Virus record (IMG/VR): IMGVR_UViG_3300031088_000793
Direction: 5' to 3' (one strand)
DNA length: 64,000 nucleotides
DNA from: a virus
Lineage: Duplodnaviria > Heunggongvirae > Uroviricota > Caudoviricetes
In this document: positions 9,088 through 17,916 of the stretch, piece after piece
Position numbering within the stretch: the first letter of the stretch is position 1
Layout: every line of letters begins with the position of its first letter
Made by a program: the position numbers and the translations under genes
Notes under the pieces: model-generated
Databases searched by the model: none
Told to the model about the DNA's origin: nothing
The model's input: only the letters and a program-made list of their open reading frames with translations

Positions 9088-9441
9088 TCACTGAGCGCTG
9101 GAGTCTTTGAGCTGAGCGAGGCGCCGGAGGACGAGCTCAGCATCGGCCGCGTAGGCTTCGAGCTTTGCGACATAGCTCTCTCGGCCGATCCAGTTGCCGC
9201 CCTTGAAGACCCAGGAGTTTTCGAGGGGATGGGGAGCGAGCCGCACGGGGCCGATGCTGAAGAGAGCCTGCATCAGCTTGTTCCGGCGAGTCTTGGAATT
9301 GATCGCTTTTCTTCGAAGCTCGTCGTAGCGCTTCATGTATTCGAGGATCTCAATGACTTCCTCGTGGTCGAGCTCCCAGCGCCGGACCTTGTCAAGGATG
9401 GGGTTCTTGGAGCTGGAGGAGATCAGCGTGGGAGTGGCCAT
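9088..9441 (-). CDS. Hypothetical protein
   Basis: Start moved to MATPT. Confidence 0.65.
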   Translation of the reverse strand: MATPTLISSSSKNPILDKVRRWELDHEEVIEILEYMKRYDELRRKAINSKTRRNKLMQALFSIGPVRLAPHPLENSWVFKGGNWIGRESYVAKLEAYAADAELVLRRLAQLKDSSAQ

Positions 9442-9451
9442 GGGAAGAACA

Positions 9452-9667
9452 CTACACCTTCTGCTCGTCCTTGGCAATGGCCTCGAGGACTGCCTCTCTG
9501 ATCTTCCAGGCGTAGATGTCCGGGTAGAGCCGGAGCTCGGCGGGAAGCTTCTCGATGGCCTTGGAGATGACCTGATCGAGCCCATGGGGCTCAACATCCT
9601 CCGGCCGGCCGTGGAGGTAGCCGTTGGCCGCGGTGGGTTCCTTGCCGGCTCTACGAGCTGAGCTCAT
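9452..9667 (-). CDS. Hypothetical protein (71 aa)
   Basis: ACAGATG start context shared with several internal genes. Confidence 0.65.
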   Translation of the reverse strand: MSSARRAGKEPTAANGYLHGRPEDVEPHGLDQVISKAIEKLPAELRLYPDIYAWKIREAVLEAIAKDEQKV

Positions 9668-9703
9668 CTGTCTGTTTCCCTATCTGGAGTCCCGGGGACC
9701 CTG

Positions 9704-9934
9704 TTAGATCTCGAGGCGAGGCTCTTTGATCTTCTCTTCGACGATGGTGCCGTCGGCCTTCTCGACGAGCTGAACGGTCTGGCCGGGGTCGGCCGACTCC
9801 TTGAGGATCTGGTCGAACCAGATGAAGCGAGCTTCTTCGGCGAAGTCGCTGTCCTCGAGGATGAGCTCGCCGTCCTCGCTCAGGATGCGAACTTCGTAGC
9901 TGTGGTCGTAGTTGAGTGCGGTTTCGGTTGCCAT
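9704..9934 (-). CDS. Small acidic G.TVQL-family protein
   Basis: Leaderless promoter TTGCGG-N17-TACGAT. Similar to 13865..14068 and to the C-terminus of 9975..10646. Confidence 0.75.
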   Translation of the reverse strand: MATETALNYDHSYEVRILSEDGELILEDSDFAEEARFIWFDQILKESADPGQTVQLVEKADGTIVEEKIKEPRLEI

Positions 9935-9974
9935 GGGATGATCGTACGCCACGGAGGCGGATTCCGCAACAGCC

Positions 9975-10646
9975 TCAGACCTTGGTCGCGCAGGTCAGGA
10001 CATCACCGCTATCCCGGTCGATGAGCTGAACGAAGTCTCCGCTCTGCACCTCATCGAGCATCAGCACTCTGCAGAACTCCTTGAAGCTGTCCTCCCTGGA
10101 GAAGCTGTTCTTGCTGAAGCGCTCCTGATCGGTCACGCTGGAGTAAACCTCGACCCTGAGATCGTGCTCCGGCTCGCTCTGCTCCGTGGATCCATCGGCG
10201 GGCTGAGCCTCAGCTGACTCTCCGACCTTGGCCAGGAGCTCCGAGAGCCTGTCGCGCTCTCCGATCAGCTTCAGCTGGGCGCTCCGGAGCTCCGACTCGG
10301 CCTGCTCGACGGCCTCCCGCTGGTTGGTGAGCTCCGTAGCCAGGTCGGGACCGGCACCCTTCCGGACGAACCACTGGATCTGCAGCCCGTGTTGAGAGGG
10401 GATGTAGTTGCGGTCCTCGGGAGCGTAGCGCAGCCACTCAGCGGGAGTGCCCCGGCGGCTGGGGTGCTCGACCTGCTCGAACTCGTCGGTGTCGAACTGG
10501 AAGACAGCGGAGCTGATCTCGTCCTTGGAGAGCCGGCTTCGTTCGTTGCCCCAGAAGGTGTCCAGGAGCACACCCTCCTCAGTCTCGACGGCCGTGCCTT
10601 CCTTGCAGTGGTTGCTGCCTTCGATGGTGTAGCTGTAGACTCTCAT
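9975..10646 (-). CDS. Fusion of an IPSQ.G..WFVRK domain and a G..VQL domain
   Basis: N-terminal 140 aa similar to 11295..11744. C-terminus similar to 9704..9934. Confidence 0.8.
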   Translation of the reverse strand: MRVYSYTIEGSNHCKEGTAVETEEGVLLDTFWGNERSRLSKDEISSAVFQFDTDEFEQVEHPSRRGTPAEWLRYAPEDRNYIPSQHGLQIQWFVRKGAGPDLATELTNQREAVEQAESELRSAQLKLIGERDRLSELLAKVGESAEAQPADGSTEQSEPEHDLRVEVYSSVTDQERFSKNSFSREDSFKEFCRVLMLDEVQSGDFVQLIDRDSGDVLTCATKV

Positions 10647-10655
10647 CTGTCTTCC

Positions 10656-10668
10656 TCTGTGGTCAGTG
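10656..10668 (-). promoter_or_regulatory. Start-associated 13-mer, copy 2
   Basis: Inside the ~45 nt leader after promoter TTGCGC(10720-25)-N17-TAGGAT(10697-702). Confidence 0.65.
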
Positions 10669-10780
10669 GCGCTGCTGTGGCTCGGTCTTAGGATCGATCC
10701 TACACGGCCACGATCATCAGCGCAACCGTAGCTGCTGATCTAAGCCCAGAGCGAAGGGCACGGACGGGATGTACGAAGGA

Positions 10781-10815
10781 AGTCCCCAGGGTGCCTGTGC
10801 AGCTCCCTGGGGACT
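10781..10815. terminator. Hairpin after 10839..11222
   Basis: AGTCCCCAGGG/CCCTGGGGACT stem. Confidence 0.65.
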
Positions 10816-10838
10816 CTCCGTGGCGTTTCCGGCGATGC

Positions 10839-11222
10839 TCAGGCCATGGCGTTGACGAAGATGCCGTTGCGCTGAGCCATCTGACCCTCCACCGTGACGC
10901 GGCTGAGGAAGGGGCCGTCCTGGGCGGGCTGCGTGGGCAGCGTGAAGTACTGACGGTCGAAGCCTCCGAAGTGGCGGCTGCTCGCGGGGTAGGAGAACTT
11001 GGTGGCCATGCGCTCGTCGTAGGCGGCGGCCTCCTCGTCGGTGAGGATCTCGGCATCCACGATCTCGGCGTCGGCGATGTAGCCGGAGCTGAGGTGGTTG
11101 ATCTCGAAGCTGGCCTCGACGGCGAGGGCGAGCTCGGCCGGAAGGCGAGTGGAGCCGGGGTTGAGGCGGCGGTACTCGGCGACGGCGGCGGAGATCTTCT
11201 GGAGGAGGTCGTTGGTTGCCAT
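10839..11222 (-). CDS. Hypothetical protein
   Basis: Leaderless promoter TTGTGC-N17-TATGAT, very high GC3. Confidence 0.8.
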   Translation of the reverse strand: MATNDLLQKISAAVAEYRRLNPGSTRLPAELALAVEASFEINHLSSGYIADAEIVDAEILTDEEAAAYDERMATKFSYPASSRHFGGFDRQYFTLPTQPAQDGPFLSRVTVEGQMAQRNGIFVNAMA

Positions 11223-11294
11223 GGAAGAATCATACAACGAGAACTAGCCCAGCACAACTATCTGTGCTGGGCTGTTGTTCTATGCCTCTGGGGC

Positions 11295-11744
11295 TCAGTG
11301 GGGTCGAGCTTCGAGGACCTCGAGCCTGAACTGAGCGGACTCGATTCGGCGCTTTGCGATGGCGATTGTCATCTGTGCGAACTGGATTGTCTGCTCAGCG
11401 TCCTCGATCTCCCTGCGCTCGCGAGCCTGCTCCATTCCAGTGTCGGGGTCCGTGGCCTTGCGGACGAACCAGCGCTTGGACCTGCCGCCCTGGGAAGGGA
11501 TGAGGTGGCGGTTCTCTGAGGCGTAGGTAGCCCAGATAGCCGGAGCGCTGCCGTCAGCCCTCCCCGTGAGCTCATCGAACTCCTCCGTGTCGAACTGGAA
11601 GTGAAGTCCCTCGATCTCCTTGGCCGTGAGCTCGATGCCCTCGGTCTCGGAGTAGGTGTCACGGAAGCGGCCCGGCTCGAACTCGACTGCCCAGCCCTCG
11701 CGGCCCTGGTAGCCGTCGGTGACGGGATAGGTGTAGACCTTCAT
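11295..11744 (-). CDS. Phage-type protein, paralogue of the 9975..10646 N-terminus
   Basis: MKVYTY..EG.AVE...DT..FQFDTEEF..IPSQGG...WFVRK. Confidence 0.8.
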   Translation of the reverse strand: MKVYTYPVTDGYQGREGWAVEFEPGRFRDTYSETEGIELTAKEIEGLHFQFDTEEFDELTGRADGSAPAIWATYASENRHLIPSQGGRSKRWFVRKATDPDTGMEQARERREIEDAEQTIQFAQMTIAIAKRRIESAQFRLEVLEARPH

Positions 11745-11782
11745 CTGTTTTCCTCTGAGTACGGGTGATGGATGGCAGCTAG

Positions 11783-12064
11783 CTAGCGCCACTCACCGTC
11801 GATCTGGGACCAGGCGGCACCAACGGCGCCGTAGACCTCGTTCATGGTGGCCTTCACGGCATCGAGGATCAGAGCCTCGTCGTCCTCGACCGCGGGATCG
11901 ATGGAGAGCGTGAAGCTCTCGCTCTCGAAGGAGCTCTCTCGGACCATGCCCGGAGTGCCGAGGCCCTCCAGGCCGCTGAGGACCATCTCCCGGTGCTCGG
12001 GGAGGATCGACTTGTAGCTCACGGAGACGCTGAAGTCCTCGAAGGGAATCGTTGGCTTAGTCAT
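11783..12064 (-). CDS. Hypothetical protein, paralogue of 12583..12867
   Basis: Leaderless promoter, shared V...Y..I.P.H..LVL..G...G...ES.FE pattern. Confidence 0.75.
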   Translation of the reverse strand: MTKPTIPFEDFSVSVSYKSILPEHREMVLSGLEGLGTPGMVRESSFESESFTLSIDPAVEDDEALILDAVKATMNEVYGAVGAAWSQIDGEWR

Positions 12065-12121
12065 GGGTCCATCCTACACGGATCACCGCAGCCATGCAAC
12101 GGAGGAGCGATCTGTTCACGG

Positions 12122-12592
12122 TCAATTCACCGCTCGATCACGGATGGCCAGTGCCACTCGCTCTCTGATTCGAGCTTCGACCCAGGCCCGGTGAGAGTAG
12201 CCCTGCTCCGGGATGTTCTGGAAGGCTCGCCACTCCTCGTCGGAGAGTGCCAGCTGATCCTTCAGGCCGATCTTCTCGTCGCCGCCCAGGTTGAGGCCCT
12301 GCATGGCGCCTGCGAGCGCGGCGTTGCCCCGGTGATGGCCGATGAGCTCATCCAGGGAAGCGGTCCGAGGGAGTCCCTGGGAGTCCATGGCCCCGTTGCG
12401 CTCTTCGATCAGCGCCGTGACCACAGCTGATGCCTCTGAGGCGAGCTGAAGGTTGGGAGCAAGGGCGTAGGGTGCCGGGAAGATCCCGGTGTAGTCCTCG
12501 ATGGCCCAGGCGATGTCCGCGAGGAGCTGCTCTACCGACCCCGCTGCACGGCGATCAGTGGAGAGCCATCTGTGCAGAGCGTTCAGATCCAC
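12122..12592 (-). CDS. Hypothetical protein (156 aa)
   Basis: GTG start overlapping the upstream stop. Confidence 0.7.
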   Translation of the reverse strand: MDLNALHRWLSTDRRAAGSVEQLLADIAWAIEDYTGIFPAPYALAPNLQLASEASAVVTALIEERNGAMDSQGLPRTASLDELIGHHRGNAALAGAMQGLNLGGDEKIGLKDQLALSDEEWRAFQNIPEQGYSHRAWVEARIRERVALAIRDRAVN

Positions 12593-12867
12593 TGGATCGA
12601 GACCTGAGCCTTGGCCACAGCGACCTCGCCGTAGGCCTCCTCCAGGATGGCCGCGATGAGCTCTCGGAGCCGGGTCTCGTCCGGGTAGCTCGTGAGCTCG
12701 ATGCAGAGCGTGAGCTTGCCCTCTTCGAAGTTACTCTCGAAGAGCATGCCGATCTCCTTGAGACCGTCGAAGCTGTTGAGCACGAGCTTGGACTCGTGGG
12801 CGGGCTTGATGGGGGTGTACTCGATGGTGACCGTGGCCTCTTCGGCAACGGGAGCGCTTTTCGTCAT
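12583..12867 (-). CDS. Hypothetical protein, paralogue of 11783..12064
   Basis: Leaderless promoter TTGACA-N18-TAGGAT. Confidence 0.75.
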   Translation of the reverse strand: MTKSAPVAEEATVTIEYTPIKPAHESKLVLNSFDGLKEIGMLFESNFEEGKLTLCIELTSYPDETRLRELIAAILEEAYGEVAVAKAQVSIQWI

Positions 12868-12931
12868 GGAGCAATCCTATACAGTAGCTGACGCCTTTGT
12901 CAACTACTGCACAGGATGCACTATCGGTGAG

Positions 12932-13744
12932 CTACCAGCGCGAAGCGGGCATGGCCTTGAGCTCCCGGCGGACGAGCTCAGTGGAGAGCGTCTCCTCGAC
13001 TCCTCCTGGAATCTTCACGGTGACCATGCCGTCGTAATCCCGATCGGCTTCTGCTGCGTCTGCCTCAGTGACCTGCCGAGTGCGGAGGATGTCCTGGACA
13101 GAGTAGCCAGTCTCTGACCTGAACTCGCTGGCTTCGGCATCGAGCTGAGCTCCACTGAAGCGAGCGGGAGGCCTGCCTGCGGGTGCTGAAGCGAAGCGGG
13201 GAGGTGGCACATCGCCCGTGAGAGGCTTTGGCTGTCTCCGCGACTCAGCGTTCTTTGCTGCCATCCGGCGCCGAGTCGCCTCATCCTCGGCGGCCTTGAG
13301 GGGAGCCATCCTCAGACCCACGGGCTGAGCGGCCGCAGCCTTCTTCGCGGCGTTCTCCTGCCTCCACTTCTCGTCGGCCTCTGCTCGAAGCCTGTCCATC
13401 CTGGAGCCTCCACCGAAGCCGCCACCGAGGGGAGGCAGTGGAGCTGCTGGAGCTGGAGCCACGGGCGCTGCCGGAGCATCGCCGCGCTTGTATGCTTCCT
13501 TCTGTCGAGCGAGCTCAGCAGCTCCTCGGAGGGTCTCGGAGAAGCTCTGAGGCTCTTCGGCTACCGGAGTCTTGCTGGCCGTGTTGGAGAAGAGCTCCGG
13601 AGCCATGGTGGACTCGTAGTTGGCCCGGGCATCCTCCCGGGAAGCTCCGTGCTGACTCTCGGACTGACCGAAGCGGCACTGAACCTCAGCACCGCACTTG
13701 CCAGTGCGACCTGTCTCGGGGTTGAAGTGGAAACGATCGGCCAT
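12932..13744 (-). CDS. HCCH-module protein 2, Ala/Pro-rich linker and unknown C-terminus
   Basis: MADRFHFNPETGRTGKCGAEVQCRFGQSESQH. SD AGGAG. Confidence 0.85.
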   Translation of the reverse strand: MADRFHFNPETGRTGKCGAEVQCRFGQSESQHGASREDARANYESTMAPELFSNTASKTPVAEEPQSFSETLRGAAELARQKEAYKRGDAPAAPVAPAPAAPLPPLGGGFGGGSRMDRLRAEADEKWRQENAAKKAAAAQPVGLRMAPLKAAEDEATRRRMAAKNAESRRQPKPLTGDVPPPRFASAPAGRPPARFSGAQLDAEASEFRSETGYSVQDILRTRQVTEADAAEADRDYDGMVTVKIPGGVEETLSTELVRRELKAMPASRW

Positions 13745-13864
13745 GATAAGCTCCTGAGCTAAGAATTTCAGTTGATCTCAGGAATGCTCTCTAATGCTGC
13801 GGGGCACAGCAAAGGAGGCCGCAGCTCATCAGCTGCGGCCTCCTCAGAGGGTGTTGCGGAGAAC

Positions 13865-14068
13865 CTACGCGGCGGTGTGCTCCTCGGTGACGATGGAGCC
13901 GTCCTCGTGGATGAGCTGGACGGTGACGCCCTCACCCGAGTTCTCGAGCGTGTCGTCGAAGGTCGCCATGGCAGCGCCCTCGTCCATGGCCTCGGTCTCC
14001 ACGATGAACTCACCGTCGGTGGTGATCGAGCGGACGGTGAAGAGAGCGTCGGTGGTGATGGCGGCCAT
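13865..14068 (-). CDS. Small acidic G.TVQL-family protein
   Basis: SD GGAGG, GEGVTVQLIHEDGSIV. Confidence 0.75.
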   Translation of the reverse strand: MAAITTDALFTVRSITTDGEFIVETEAMDEGAAMATFDDTLENSGEGVTVQLIHEDGSIVTEEHTAA

Positions 14069-14095
14069 GGTGTTCCTCCAAGATCGGTGGTGCGC

Positions 14096-14142
14096 TCTAT
14101 GCGGAAAACCGAATAGACGGTGTCTATGCGAAAAACCAAATA
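14096..14142. promoter_or_regulatory. Imperfect 20-bp direct repeat with an overlapping palindrome (operator-like)
   Basis: TCTATGCGGAAAACCGAATA and TCTATGCGAAAAACCAAATA. ATAGAC-N3-GTCTAT at 14113-14127. Confidence 0.6.
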
Positions 14143-14210
14143 ATCTGCGCGATGCGGTGTGAGTGCTACGCTACACGATGAGCGCTACCTTCGCAACCAC
14201 CAGTTGGAGC

Positions 14211-14705
14211 TCAGTAGCAGAACCACCAGCGGCAGTTGTCCACATCGAGACAGCGGGTGCCTCCATCGACTCCGAGGCACTCAGGATTGACCTCGCAGCG
14301 AGGACAGGCGTCCCCAGTGAGCGTGAAGATTCCCCGCTTCGTCCTCACCGTGGTGCTTCGCAGCCAGCCCGTGTGCTTCACCGTCTCTGCCGACAGCTCA
14401 CTGAGAACTCCGAACATGGCTCTGCAGCCCTGAGCGTACTCAGAGTCGTAGACCTTGTCCGCTCGGAGGAGCTCGAAGAACAGCACCGTGAGCTTCTCCA
14501 CGGTGAGCCCGCCGGGAAGCTCGATGCTGTACTCCGTCAGGAAGGCTTCGATGTTCCGGTCGTAGTCCTGGCCCTTGGGACTAGCAGTGATCCGGGTGTC
14601 GTTGTAGACCCCGGCCAGGGCAAAGGCCAGATCCCTGATGGGCAGATCCCGAGGGAGATCACGGGGAAGCAGCGAGAGCTGCTCAGTCATCGTGGCGTCC
14701 ATCAT
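14211..14705 (-). CDS. Protein with C-terminal Cys-rich Zn ribbon
   Basis: CPRC...CLG...CLD..NC.WWFCY. Confidence 0.7.
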   Translation of the reverse strand: MMDATMTEQLSLLPRDLPRDLPIRDLAFALAGVYNDTRITASPKGQDYDRNIEAFLTEYSIELPGGLTVEKLTVLFFELLRADKVYDSEYAQGCRAMFGVLSELSAETVKHTGWLRSTTVRTKRGIFTLTGDACPRCEVNPECLGVDGGTRCLDVDNCRWWFCY

Positions 14706-14707
14706 GT

Positions 14708-15115
14708 TCAGCTCCCCCGGGGAACGGAGGCGAGCTCCCACTTGCCGCGGAAGGGATCAGCCCGCTTGTAGACACCTTCGGTGAGCGAGAAGGTGTCCAG
14801 GAGGATCTCCAGCACGGTGGCCATGTCCCGGTGGTAGCGCCAGAGGAGCTTCTCAGCGTCCTTCTGAGGGTCGCCGGAGTCGTCTCCCCGGGCCACGACT
14901 CGATCTCCCGAGAGCACCAGAGTGCCACCGTCCTCGATCCTGATGACCTCGAAGCCGTTGACCTTGGAGTAGATCTCCTGAAGATCCCTCAGCACATCGC
15001 TGTTGCCGTAGGGGCGCTTCTGGTCGACCATCGGGGCCAGATCCCCATCTGAGATGTTGAGGCGCTTCGCCAGCGCGAGGTGGAACTTGTCCACATTGAG
15101 TTCAGTGCTTGACAT
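14708..15115 (-). CDS. RPYG-family protein, copy 3
   Basis: HLALAKRL..APMVDQKRPYGNSDVLRDL.EIY. Confidence 0.8.
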   Translation of the reverse strand: MSSTELNVDKFHLALAKRLNISDGDLAPMVDQKRPYGNSDVLRDLQEIYSKVNGFEVIRIEDGGTLVLSGDRVVARGDDSGDPQKDAEKLLWRYHRDMATVLEILLDTFSLTEGVYKRADPFRGKWELASVPRGS

Positions 15116-15126
15116 GGTGGGTCTCC

Positions 15127-15435
15127 CTAGTTCTTCTGCGCTACGCTCATCGCGGCTGCGATCTTGCCATAGCTGTGGATGGTGAGGTCTCGGTCCGAGC
15201 TCGGAGGGCTGTCGATGATGGACTGAGCGAGCTCCACGGACTCTCGGAGGCCGAGACCCCCGAGCCCTGGAATTTCGTTGCTGCTCTTGCTGTAGATCCG
15301 GACGCTGCGGAGGGCGGTGAAGGCGAGCCAGAGCCGAGGATTCTCATCCATGTCCCGGCCCTCGATCTTCTCCCAGAGGAGCTCTTCTGCCTGCTTCAGC
15401 GTGTGCTGAGCGGTGGCGTCGTCGAGGAGTGCCAT
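15127..15435 (-). CDS. Hypothetical protein, weak bL12-CTD-like motif
   Basis: LRSVR...GLGLRESVELAQS. Confidence 0.65.
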   Translation of the reverse strand: MALLDDATAQHTLKQAEELLWEKIEGRDMDENPRLWLAFTALRSVRIYSKSSNEIPGLGGLGLRESVELAQSIIDSPPSSDRDLTIHSYGKIAAAMSVAQKN

Positions 15436-15758
15436 CAGCGCTTCTTCATCTCATCGAGCTCAGCCTGCTCCTTGGCCATGAGCCGGCTGGCCTCGTCTCG
15501 GAGCTCCCGGATCTTCGAGTTCTCCGGAGTCTCCCAGCTGCCCCAGTGGATCACGGCGTAGCCGGTCTCCTCGGAGGGAGTCCGGAGCTCCATGCCCACC
15601 ATGACCGCGTTCTCCGGATCATCGAGCTCCACATCGATCTCCGAGCCGATCAGGGTCATCTTCGAGTTCGAGAGCTCGATGAACTCAGTGCCGGGAGCGG
15701 GGTCTCGAGCCCAGAACTCCTCGTGGCTCAGGATCTCGATCTTGCTGTAGTCTGTCAT
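15435..15758 (-). CDS. Hypothetical protein
   Basis: Start moved to MTDYSK. Confidence 0.7.
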   Translation of the reverse strand: MTDYSKIEILSHEEFWARDPAPGTEFIELSNSKMTLIGSEIDVELDDPENAVMVGMELRTPSEETGYAVIHWGSWETPENSKIRELRDEASRLMAKEQAELDEMKKR

Positions 15759-16123
15759 CACTTCTTTCCTTCTGAGATGAGCTTTCGGGCCTCTGCGAGG
15801 CATTCTCGGGATTCGGGACTCCAGCTCACAGGCGCGGTGAGCTCAATCCATCGCTCCCGAGCCCATTCCTCTTGATCTGCGTGCCGCTGGAGCCAGAGCT
15901 CGAAGGCTACAGCCCTCTCGTGGTCCTTCTCCGCCTGGGCGTCTCGGGGCGTGAGGTAGCGCTCGGTGAGCCCGTGCTTCCGAGCGTACTCCAGCGCTCG
16001 ATTGAACTCGGCCTCAGCGAAGCGCCACTCGACCACAGGCCGCTTACGCTTGACCTCGGCCACTCGCTTCTTCAGGTAGTCGAGGTAGCTGTCCATGGGG
16101 GAAAATTCACTCATGCTGCTCAC
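15758..16123 (-). CDS. Hypothetical protein
   Basis: Tightly packed ORF in the operon. Confidence 0.65.
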   Translation of the reverse strand: MSSMSEFSPMDSYLDYLKKRVAEVKRKRPVVEWRFAEAEFNRALEYARKHGLTERYLTPRDAQAEKDHERAVAFELWLQRHADQEEWARERWIELTAPVSWSPESRECLAEARKLISEGKK

Positions 16124-16686
16124 GCTATCACCTCGGGGCGGCTCACCGCAAATACTACCCGGTGACCCTTGGCCTCGAGCCTCACGGCGAAGCTCAGCCA
16201 GTCATCCTTGGAGATCCGGGAGCCCCAGGTTGCGCCCTGGGGCGGCCCGACCGTCATCTGTCTGCAGAGCCAGTCCACGGGAGGCATGGAGAAGTCCCGA
16301 TGGGCGATGCCGTCGAGCTTTCCCAGCTCACTCTCCACGAAGGGGATGGCCTCAGCTCTGAGGATGTCCTCGACGGCGCTTCGCTGGCGCTCTCGCCGGT
16401 CGACACCCTGCTGAACGAAGGCTGCCATCACCGCCTTCACAGCGCCGAGGGTCACTGCTACCTGTACAGGGAAGAGCCAGCTGTAGTCATAGCCGCTGTG
16501 CTCGAAGGTGGGGAGCTCGAAGACTCTCCAGAGGTAGGACAGTAGACTGATGGCAGCGATGGCTCCCAGGGAGAGCGCTACGATCTTCCAGAAGTCCCGA
16601 CTGGGCCACTTCGAAGGTGGATTCAAGGACTCAAGATCGATGGGTGTCTTGAGCTCCAGGGTGCTGAGCGTGGTGCTCTTGGCCAT
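16120..16686 (-). CDS. 2-TM membrane protein
   Basis: Two hydrophobic helices. Confidence 0.7.
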   Translation of the reverse strand: MAKSTTLSTLELKTPIDLESLNPPSKWPSRDFWKIVALSLGAIAAISLLSYLWRVFELPTFEHSGYDYSWLFPVQVAVTLGAVKAVMAAFVQQGVDRRERQRSAVEDILRAEAIPFVESELGKLDGIAHRDFSMPPVDWLCRQMTVGPPQGATWGSRISKDDWLSFAVRLEAKGHRVVFAVSRPEVIA

Positions 16687-16772
16687 GGTGTTTCTTCCCC
16701 TAACGGGATTGGATGGAGAGCTAGCTATTCAGAATCAGGATGACATGAACCAGATCCTGAATAGCTAACTGC

Positions 16773-17321
16773 TCAGTCGACGATGTAGACTTCGCGGGAG
16801 ACTCGATGGACCATGATGGCCTCCTGCTCGTAGTACTCCTTGCTCATCTTGGCGATGGCCATGATCTCGTCGCGAGTGCACATGATCCGGACGGGGATCA
16901 TGCGCTCCTTGAAGGTCTCTTCCTCCGGCGAGACCCAGACGCCGTTGACCGGAGGAACGATGGTGAGTCCGCCGGAGACGGCCTTCACTCGCTCGTCCCA
17001 GACCTTGTGGTAGCGCAGTCGGAAGGGCCGACCGTCATTGCGCACGGTGGGGACGAGGATCTCCCAGAGGTGCTGGTCTGCGGCCTCTCCGGCGGCGCTC
17101 TCGGCCTCGGTAGCTCCATCGAGCGCCTCAGCCTCGGCGTAGCCGTAGTTGCCCTCGACGAGCTCCAGGAGCTCGTTGGCGAGCCACTCGAAGGCGATGT
17201 CATGGGCGGGACAGTCTATGCCGTCCTGTGCGCTGTGGCCATCGGTTCGAGCCTGGGCCCGGGTCTCGAGGAACTCGCTCAGCGCATTGAGCTTCTGTTC
17301 CCTGGTCAGTGAGTTGGTCAT
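16773..17321 (-). CDS. Phage-type conserved hypothetical protein
   Basis: LWEILVP..GGLTI..PV.G.W..ERMIPVRIMC..EQEAIM. Confidence 0.75.
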   Translation of the reverse strand: MTNSLTREQKLNALSEFLETRAQARTDGHSAQDGIDCPAHDIAFEWLANELLELVEGNYGYAEAEALDGATEAESAAGEAADQHLWEILVPTVRNDGRPFRLRYHKVWDERVKAVSGGLTIVPPVNGVWVSPEEETFKERMIPVRIMCTRDEIMAIAKMSKEYYEQEAIMVHRVSREVYIVD

Positions 17322-17353
17322 AGACCCGATGCTATCCGAAGGAACTCAGCCTG

Positions 17354-17899
17354 TCAACCGTGCTGATCCTGCAGCGCTGTCTGCACCTGCTCGTAGGCGT
17401 TGTCCGTGTCCTGGAAGAGCTTCACGAGCCTACCAGCGGCTCCAGTGTAGAGAGCGAGCTGAGCTGGCTCAATCTCTCCCCCGAGCCTCTCGGCCGCAGC
17501 CTTCTGCACCAGCATCATCAGATCCACGAAGTTCGTGAGGAAGAAGTACTCCTCGAGGATCCTCCTGTGGAGATTGGCGCTCCTGCTGGCGATGACCTGC
17601 CGGACGATGAGCCGCTGAGCTCGGATCTTCTTTCGATCCCGGGGAAGGAGCAGCATGGGTGGCTTCCAGGGCAGGTTGAGCTGGAGCTGGTAGTCCATGC
17701 TCTTGGTGAGCTTCCTGCAGAGTCTATCCAGGGTGTCGAGCTCGGGGATGTCGAGCCGGAGATTGCTCTGAGCAAAGGACTCGATGAGCCCGGGGAGGTC
17801 GCCCGAGTAGATGTTGTACTCGAGGGGGAGCCGATCCTTCTCCTCGGCAGTGAATCCTCGCATGAGCTCGAGGTAGCGCCGTTCCAAGCTGTTGTCCAT
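17354..17899 (-). CDS. Hypothetical helical protein
   Basis: ORF with SD AGGAG. Confidence 0.7.
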   Translation of the reverse strand: MDNSLERRYLELMRGFTAEEKDRLPLEYNIYSGDLPGLIESFAQSNLRLDIPELDTLDRLCRKLTKSMDYQLQLNLPWKPPMLLLPRDRKKIRAQRLIVRQVIASRSANLHRRILEEYFFLTNFVDLMMLVQKAAAERLGGEIEPAQLALYTGAAGRLVKLFQDTDNAYEQVQTALQDQHG

Positions 17900-17916
17900 G
17901 GCTCCTACTATCAGAG

